This document shows positions 56,115 to 62,210 of a stretch of DNA of 62,210 nucleotides, one piece after another. This stretch comes from Halobacteriaceae archaeon (lineage in GTDB: Archaea; Halobacteriota; Halobacteria; Halobacteriales; Halobacteriaceae). Below the pieces are notes generated by a model. That model had not been told where the DNA came from, ran no database searches, and was given only the letters and a program-made list of their open reading frames with translations. Each line of letters begins with the position of its first letter. Positions within the stretch are counted from its first letter, which is position 1. The stretch covers positions 1 through 62,210 of the forward strand of contig JBDGTS010000002.1 in the NCBI GenBank assembly GCA_042216675.1, given 5' to 3'. A program made the position numbers and the translations under genes.

Positions 56115-56966
56115 TCAGCGCCGCGCAGCGGCGTATCGGACGGTCACGAGCGGCAGTCCGAACAGGCGAATCCGTTGTTCCGCTCGGACGGCCGCCTCGC
56201 GTGTCGGTCCGCCGCCCGGGGGTTCGGGCGCCTCCGGGTCCTCCGCTGGCGCGACCCGGAACAGCTGGCTCGCGGGGAGCCTGAACGCCCCCGCATCGGT
56301 GTGGAGATACAAGCCGCCGTCGGGGCCGTCTGTCGTGAGTTCGACGCCCTCGCCGTGGTGGCTCATCCGGAGGACAGTCGAAAGATTCACACCGGGAAGC
56401 GGCACTGCGATGTTGACTACGCGCTCTCCGTTCGTGACGTGGCTGGCGTAGATGGCGACGAAGACGCCGGCGCCGGCGTCGTCCGTCCGCACCCACAGCC
56501 GGGGGTCGTCGCGCGGGTCGGCCGTCGCGGCCGGGCCGGCGAGCGCGAACAGGTCACTCGTCACGCGTTTCGGGTCGTCGCCGGGGCCGGGAAGGCTCAA
56601 CTGCTCGATTCGGCTCGTCCACCGACTGGCGACGGCCGCGCCCGTCCGGAACGGTCGGTGCCACGTCGCCGAGAGCCGCATTTCGAAGTCCGCGGTCCGC
56701 TCGTAGAGCGCCTGTACGGCCGGGTGGACGGCGTCCGGGTCGAACCCGGGCCGGGCGTACGCCGCAAGCGAGTCCATCTCGCCCGCGACCCGTTCGCCGC
56801 GGAGGTTCCTGCGGTCGGGCCACGTCGGACCGACGTGCTCGTCGCCGTGGAGCGGCGAGAGCGGGACGCCGCGTGCGCTCCGCCGCGCCGCCCCGAGTGC
56901 GACGCTCGCGGCCGCGGCGACTCCAAGACACCCCGCGGCGGCCCGCCGAACCAGCGACATGGTCAT
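56115..56966 (-). CDS. hypothetical protein, YndJ C-terminal-like
   Basis: FDPDAVHPAV..LYERT, IEQL, VNIAVPLPG.N. Confidence 0.6.
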   Translation of the reverse strand: MTMSLVRRAAAGCLGVAAAASVALGAARRSARGVPLSPLHGDEHVGPTWPDRRNLRGERVAGEMDSLAAYARPGFDPDAVHPAVQALYERTADFEMRLSATWHRPFRTGAAVASRWTSRIEQLSLPGPGDDPKRVTSDLFALAGPAATADPRDDPRLWVRTDDAGAGVFVAIYASHVTNGERVVNIAVPLPGVNLSTVLRMSHHGEGVELTTDGPDGGLYLHTDAGAFRLPASQLFRVAPAEDPEAPEPPGGGPTREAAVRAEQRIRLFGLPLVTVRYAAARR

Positions 56967-57016
56967 CGTTCGCCCGTCGCGGAGTTAAAGCCGGTGTCAG
57001 ACCGCCCGCGGGCTAT

Positions 57017-58464
57017 CTTTCTTCGAGGAGAGAATCCCGCCCTTCAGGGCGGGAGTGAATCCGACAACCCTGACGCCAACTACCGCCGATAGCAGTCTGG
57101 ATATTCAACGGCATCCACACCATTAACGAGATTTATCTACATAGTCTATGCATGGCGATTGAGGTCACTCGTACCTACGTTGGTTCCATCCAGAACCATC
57201 GGCAGGTCTGCAACGGCCTCGATTCGCTCGGAGACTCCGCTTCGAAAATCTGGAACGTCGCACGATGGACAGCCGACCAAATCTGGGATGAAACAGGCAA
57301 AATTCCAGACGAGGGCGTACTGAAATCGTACATGAAGAACCAAGTGTGCTGGAAAGACTTGAACGCGCAATCCAGTCAGAAAGTCATTAAAGAACTTTCT
57401 GACGCTTTCCAGTCGTGGTTTGACCTGCGACAGAAAGACCCGGAGGCGAATCCGCCCGGCTACCGTAAACACGGCGACACCCGACCACGAAGTACGGTCA
57501 CGTTCAAAGAAGACGGCTTCAAACACGACCCCGAGAACAACCGTGTCCGACTCAGCAAAGGCTCGAACCTCAAGGAGTCATGGTCGGACTTCCTGCTCTG
57601 CGAATACCAGACACGCCCCGACGTTGATCTCGCAGAAGCCAACCGAGTCCAGAACGTTCGAGCTGTCTGGAACGGCGGCGAGTGGGAACTGCACTTCATC
57701 TGCAAAGTCCAACTCGAAACCAACGACTCCGCAGGTGACAAAGTTGCGGGGATCGACCTCGGCATCACGAACATCGCCACGGTTGCATTCCCCGACGAAT
57801 ACGTCCTGTATCCCGGTAACTCGCTCAAGCAGGACAAGCACTACTCCACCCGAGCAGAGTACGACACTGAGGGTGAGAATGGTCCATCAGAGAGGGCGAT
57901 ATGGGCGCGTCAGAAGCTCACTGACCGTGAGACACACTTCTACCACGCGCTTACGGACACCATCATCACGGAGTGTGTCGAACGTGGTGTTGGCACACTC
58001 GCTGTGAGTTGGCCCGAAGACGTACGAGAGGACGACTGGGGGAGGACGGGGAACAAGAAGTTGCACTCGTGGGCGTTTGACCGCATCTACCAGTACCTCG
58101 CGTACAAGGGGGAAATGCGTGGCGTTGAGGTGCTCAAAGAGAACGAGTGGGACACCTCAAAGACGTGTTCACAGTGTGGTGATGACACGAAGTCTAATCG
58201 TGGCGAACGTGGGCTGTACGTCTGCTCGTCATGCGAGTTGGTCGGGAACGCGGATTGTAATGGGGCGGAGAATATGCGGCAGAAGATAACTCCGAGTCCT
58301 CACGGCGAGGATAGGAGTAACGGCTGTGTGGCACAGCCATCGACACACTTGTTCGACCGCGAGAGCGGGACGTTTCACACGAGAGAGCAAGTCGTGTCGT
58401 AGACCGGAAAATATCCCACCTGCGGCACGGGAAGCCCCGCCGTTCACGGCGGGGAGGATGTCAC
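57017..58464 (+). mobile_element. IS200/IS605-family (IS1341-type, TnpB-only) element
   Basis: Subterminal hairpins TCCCGCCC-TTCA-GGGCGGGA and CCCCGCCG-TTCA-CGGCGGGG; right end TCAC; target CTAT at 57013-57016; lower GC than flanks. Confidence 0.85.
57152..58402 (+). CDS. tnpB: RNA-guided endonuclease TnpB
   Basis: AGIDLG (RuvC-I), TSKTCSQCG...CSSC Zn finger, NADCNGA.N (RuvC-III). Confidence 0.93.
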   Translation: MAIEVTRTYVGSIQNHRQVCNGLDSLGDSASKIWNVARWTADQIWDETGKIPDEGVLKSYMKNQVCWKDLNAQSSQKVIKELSDAFQSWFDLRQKDPEANPPGYRKHGDTRPRSTVTFKEDGFKHDPENNRVRLSKGSNLKESWSDFLLCEYQTRPDVDLAEANRVQNVRAVWNGGEWELHFICKVQLETNDSAGDKVAGIDLGITNIATVAFPDEYVLYPGNSLKQDKHYSTRAEYDTEGENGPSERAIWARQKLTDRETHFYHALTDTIITECVERGVGTLAVSWPEDVREDDWGRTGNKKLHSWAFDRIYQYLAYKGEMRGVEVLKENEWDTSKTCSQCGDDTKSNRGERGLYVCSSCELVGNADCNGAENMRQKITPSPHGEDRSNGCVAQPSTHLFDRESGTFHTREQVVS

Positions 58465-59198
58465 GCGAGCAAAAGGACGGCCGCGTATCCCGTCGCGCCG
58501 AGGGCGAACGCCGAGAACCGGCTCTCCCGCTCCGCCGGTACCTCCTCCTTGATGACGTTGAGGATGACGCCGCCCGCGAGGAAGGCGAAGAGGACTGCAA
58601 GCGCCTCGCGGTCCATCGGGACGACGAAGCCGACGCCCAACCCGAGGAGGATGGCGCCGGCCAGCACCCAGCGACCCCGGTCGTGGTAGGCGTCGCCGTG
58701 GTGGTGGCGGAGTCCCCAGTCGTTGACGACGAAGTGAAGCGCCATCGCGACGCCGAACAGTAGCAGGCTCTCGACCCCCGGCTGCTCTCGGTGGAGGAGT
58801 AGATACCCCACCAGCAGATTGTAGCCCGAGAAGGCCGCGACGTGCATCCAGAACACACGCAGTCCCTCGCCGCTCGCGGTCGGCGCACCCCGCTTGGCCG
58901 CACGTTCGACGCCGTAGTACGTGACGAATCCGGCCAGCGCGACGAGATACACGTGTCGCTCCAGAAAGCCGATTCCCAGCGGTTCCTCCCCCACGTGCGC
59001 GGCCGCACGGCTGATTTCGGGGAGGACGTGGACGAACACGTACGCCACGGAGACGCCGCCGGACACGGAGAGCCATCGGCTCCGTGGCTGTCGGTCGAGT
59101 ACCCGCAGGCGGCGGCCGAAGACGTGGACGGCCGCGAGCCCGAACGCGACGGCGACGGCGGCGAGTTTGACTGTCGCCGTCGGCGCGTGACCGCTCAT
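58461..59198 (-). CDS. ZIP-like membrane protein
   Basis: GGVSVAYVFVHVLPE, AMALHF, GGVILNVIKEEVP. Confidence 0.7.
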   Translation of the reverse strand: MSGHAPTATVKLAAVAVAFGLAAVHVFGRRLRVLDRQPRSRWLSVSGGVSVAYVFVHVLPEISRAAAHVGEEPLGIGFLERHVYLVALAGFVTYYGVERAAKRGAPTASGEGLRVFWMHVAAFSGYNLLVGYLLLHREQPGVESLLLFGVAMALHFVVNDWGLRHHHGDAYHDRGRWVLAGAILLGLGVGFVVPMDREALAVLFAFLAGGVILNVIKEEVPAERESRFSAFALGATGYAAVLLLA

Positions 59199-59442
59199 CG
59201 ACCCTCGATTGGGCCATCCGTCAGGTAACGGTTCTGGCCGTCTCCGGGCACACGACTCGCGAATCGCCGTTTGGGCCGTGCAGGCTCCTGAATTCGGCGT
59301 CGCTCCACTGATGGGCCGGCCACGGGATTCGATGTCGGTTCGAAGCGTGACATCTCGAGTCACGCATCAACGAGTGCCACAAATCAACTACCATTCTAGT
59401 AGTAAATTATTTATAGGAATGTTCCAATTTTCTGACGGAAAC

Positions 59443-61602
59443 ATGGCAAACGATAGCAGTGATGCTGGAGAGGCGTTAGAGATCGACCTGAGCGTTCCCT
59501 CCGATCGGCGGAAGTTCCTCAGTGCGATGGGGGTCGCCGGGGCAGCGGGCCTCGCCGGCTGTAGTGGTGGCGGCGGCGGCAGCAGCGACGACACCGCCAC
59601 CGAGACGCAGACCCAGACGGCCGGCCAGACATCGACTGGCGGGACCGGGACGACAAACAACACCACGCAGAAGACGACGCAGGGCGAGGCTCCGATGACG
59701 GAGCGGACGCTCTCGACGTTCATCGCCTCGACCACCGCGGACAGTTCCGAACCGAAGGCGCTGACCGAGTGGGGCTGGGCACCGTCGAACTACCGGTCGC
59801 AGTATCCGCGGATGCTGTATCCGTATCTGTTCGGCCGGAAGGTGTCGAGCATCATCGCGACGGGTGAACGCATCCCGATGCTCATTCAGGAGTGGAACGC
59901 GTCACCGACTGAGTTCCACTACAAGATCCACGAGGACGCCACGTGGTCCGACGGCTCGGACATCACCGCCGAGGACATGTTGGGCGCCGGGATGGTCGGC
60001 CACAAAGTCGGCCACGACAAGCCGGCCTCCGAGCGTGACACGTACGAGTCGTTCGGGCAGGCCATCACCGGCTTCCGCGCCGAGGGCAAGGACTACTACA
60101 TCGAGTCCGAGATGGGCGCCTTCGACAACTTCTGGATGGACCCAATCCTCTGGGATACCATCGCCCACGCGGGGTCCGCCGAGTTCACGACCAAAGGCGA
60201 GTACGGCCAGTGGCTCGCCGACCAAGTCAAGGACAAGTACGACGACCTCTGGGGCAATCAAAAGGCGTCTCAGTACATGACGACAGAAGGGAGCAAGACG
60301 ATTCAGAAGTCCGAGTACTGGCCCAACGACCCGAAGGAACTGCCGTTCTCGGGCGCCTTCAAGATCGACCAGATTCTCGAGAGCGAAGTCCGTCTCACGA
60401 AGAACGAGGAGTGGCTCCACTCGGAGTCCATCAACTGGCCCGAAGTCAAACTCATCCAGCAGACGAACTCACAGGCGCAGAACGCCCTGCTGCAGAACAA
60501 CGAGGTCGAGATGGCTCCGCTACACTCGCCCTCGGAGTCCATCATCGACTCGTTCCCGAAGAACTTGCAGGAGTTCAAGTACGCGGCCGGGAACTCCACG
60601 AACCTGTTGGCGCAGGGCCAGCACCCCCACTTCGGGAAGCCACCGGTGCGGAAGGCGCTCCTGCAGGCCATCGACACCCAGCAGCTCCTGAACATCGCGA
60701 ACTCCTACACGACGGCGAAGATTTCCGAGCCGCCGGGCCTTCACGCCACCCAAGAGGAACGCTTCGTCGGTCAGGAGTTCCAGAGCCAGTTCACGGAGTA
60801 TCCCTACGACACCGAGGCCGCCGCGGAGCGGATGCGTAGCGCGGGCTACACGAAGGACGGTAGCACCTGGATGACGCCGGACGGGAACCGCCTCACGGCG
60901 GAGCTCATCACTGCCGACGACAACATCCAGCTCGAGGCCACCCTCGTGTCCCAGCTGAACTCCTTCGGCATCGACACGAGCCTCACCAAGGTCACCAGCA
61001 CGCAGTTCGGCAGCCGTCTCGACAACGGCAACTTCGAACTCGCCATCGAGAACTGGTTCACGGGGTACCCCGTCTGGAGTGCCGCGATTCTGGGTATCTT
61101 CTACCGTGCGTTCCAGCAGTCGGTGCGCCGGAAGAAGTGGGGCATGTTCCCCGAGGACAAGACGATGGCCTTCGTGGACCGCCACGACGAGGTCGTCAAC
61201 AAGGAGTACTCGTGGACGAACAACGTCGAGGGCATCTGGCCGAACCCGTCCCTCGTCAACCCCGAGAAGCAGGACGAGTGGGTTCCCCACCTCAAAGCGC
61301 CGCCCATCGGCGAGCCCAACTCCGACGAGGAAGTCGTCTACCCCGTCGTCTACTGGGGCCTCATCTGGAACCAGAACATCAGCCGGGAGAAACGCAAGGA
61401 GATCATCCGCGGCGTGACGTGGGTGTACAACCAGACGCTGATGCCCTACATCCCGATTCTCGAGTCGAACTCGCTGGTGATTCAGGACGTCGAGGACTGG
61501 GACGTCCCCGAGAAGGGCAACAAGTACTGGGACCAGGGAGAGCCACAGCACAAGCTCATCGAACAGCCACAGAACACGTTCCAAGCCGTCCCCAAGGAGT
61601 GA
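59443..61602 (+). CDS. ABC transporter substrate-binding lipoprotein (family 5-like), Tat-exported
   Basis: RRKFL...LAGC lipobox, Thr-rich linker, WSDGSDITAED, VRKALLQAID, YPYD. Confidence 0.8.
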   Translation: MANDSSDAGEALEIDLSVPSDRRKFLSAMGVAGAAGLAGCSGGGGGSSDDTATETQTQTAGQTSTGGTGTTNNTTQKTTQGEAPMTERTLSTFIASTTADSSEPKALTEWGWAPSNYRSQYPRMLYPYLFGRKVSSIIATGERIPMLIQEWNASPTEFHYKIHEDATWSDGSDITAEDMLGAGMVGHKVGHDKPASERDTYESFGQAITGFRAEGKDYYIESEMGAFDNFWMDPILWDTIAHAGSAEFTTKGEYGQWLADQVKDKYDDLWGNQKASQYMTTEGSKTIQKSEYWPNDPKELPFSGAFKIDQILESEVRLTKNEEWLHSESINWPEVKLIQQTNSQAQNALLQNNEVEMAPLHSPSESIIDSFPKNLQEFKYAAGNSTNLLAQGQHPHFGKPPVRKALLQAIDTQQLLNIANSYTTAKISEPPGLHATQEERFVGQEFQSQFTEYPYDTEAAAERMRSAGYTKDGSTWMTPDGNRLTAELITADDNIQLEATLVSQLNSFGIDTSLTKVTSTQFGSRLDNGNFELAIENWFTGYPVWSAAILGIFYRAFQQSVRRKKWGMFPEDKTMAFVDRHDEVVNKEYSWTNNVEGIWPNPSLVNPEKQDEWVPHLKAPPIGEPNSDEEVVYPVVYWGLIWNQNISREKRKEIIRGVTWVYNQTLMPYIPILESNSLVIQDVEDWDVPEKGNKYWDQGEPQHKLIEQPQNTFQAVPKE

Positions 61603-62043
61603 GAACAGGATAGGAACACAGCCACGACACGCCACATTCGCCACTACGCCATTCGGCTTGCGGTCACTTTTTCGACGCGGATCGGTCGTCTCCGGTGCTG
61701 TCCGCTGCTGGACGACGAGGCAGGTATCCCTCGCCCTCTGAGCGTGCGCTCGTCGCAAAATCGTCGCCGCTGGGGGCTTCTGTTCGACCTTCGAACGGTA
61801 TCGTCTTGCAGAACGATTCGACGCACGGCGAGCGAGGCCGGCGGCCCAACCGCCGCTTTTGGTCCAGTTTTTCGCGAGAAGTGGTGTGCCGACGGCGCAC
61901 CCGACGAAGTAAAACAGTGGATGGGCGCTGCAGGCTCCAGTCCGACTATCGAACGAATCGATGTTTCAAGCGTGAGGCGTCCGAATTTGAGAGGTCCGAA
62001 TCCACCGAAAGACACAGTATTCTGTGCAACCATAGGTTCCTGT

Positions 62044-62210
62044 ATGCCCAGTATCACAGTCAACGTAGACGACGACCTCAAAGAGCGAATGGAGAAGCAC
62101 CCGGAAATCAACTGGAGCGAGGTCACACGGCAGGCCATCCAAGAGAAAATCGAGGCGCTGGAAGTGATGGACGAACTCACTAGCGAGAGCGAACTCACTG
62201 AGAGCGACGT
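62044..62210 (+). CDS. RHH/CopG-type antitoxin-like protein, 3'-truncated
   Basis: MPSITVNVDDDLKERMEKHPEINWSEVTRQAIQEKI; absent from the ORF track because it runs off the window. Confidence 0.7.
   Translation, partial: MPSITVNVDDDLKERMEKHPEINWSEVTRQAIQEKIEALEVMDELTSESELTESD

Noticed and set aside
59560-59690. Gly/Thr-rich low-complexity repeats
   Set aside because: This is an ordinary lipoprotein linker, not an independent repeat element.
61603-62043. CGCCA-type short repeats and ORFs 61644-62198 and 61695-62183
   Set aside because: The repeats are short and irregular, and the ORFs lack halophilic composition or motifs. This is probably intergenic DNA.
1-62210. CRISPR array, rRNA, integrase or provirus
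   Set aside because: No regularly spaced repeats, rRNA-like segments, or recombinase or capsid motifs were seen.

Overview
High-GC, acidic-proteome haloarchaeal (Halobacteria) chromosomal window, mostly core genes. It contains tRNA-Gln (3' part) and tRNA-iMet, the rpl44e-rps27e-aIF2alpha-nop10-PAC2 operon, a 7-gene Mrp Na+/H+ antiporter, coaBC, a Rieske/cytochrome b cluster with two halocyanins, nth, mvaD and galK. It also has an nrdR-nrdA-nrdB class I ribonucleotide reductase operon, crtY-brp, a DabBA inorganic-carbon pump, a TnpB-only IS200/IS605-family element and an orphan ABC substrate-binding lipoprotein. The best candidate for an undescribed system is a split RNR alpha subunit. NrdA stops before its C-terminal redox cysteines, and the missing acidic tail (...CRVSDPTCEACQ) is a separate 45-aa ORF (42996-43133, absent from the ORF track) with its own SD-like motif, overlapping both nrdA (ATGA) and nrdB (TAATG). 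NrdB has class Ic (Mn/Fe) signatures. Other observations: both tRNAs are followed by the same trailer (hairpin, antisense T-arm, then a direct copy of the tRNA 3' end); several short uORFs sit at leaderless-start spacing and overlap or abut downstream genes; the IS appears to have inserted at a stop codon while supplying a new one; several proteins look like pseudo-enzymes. All family calls come from motif recognition, not from database searches.
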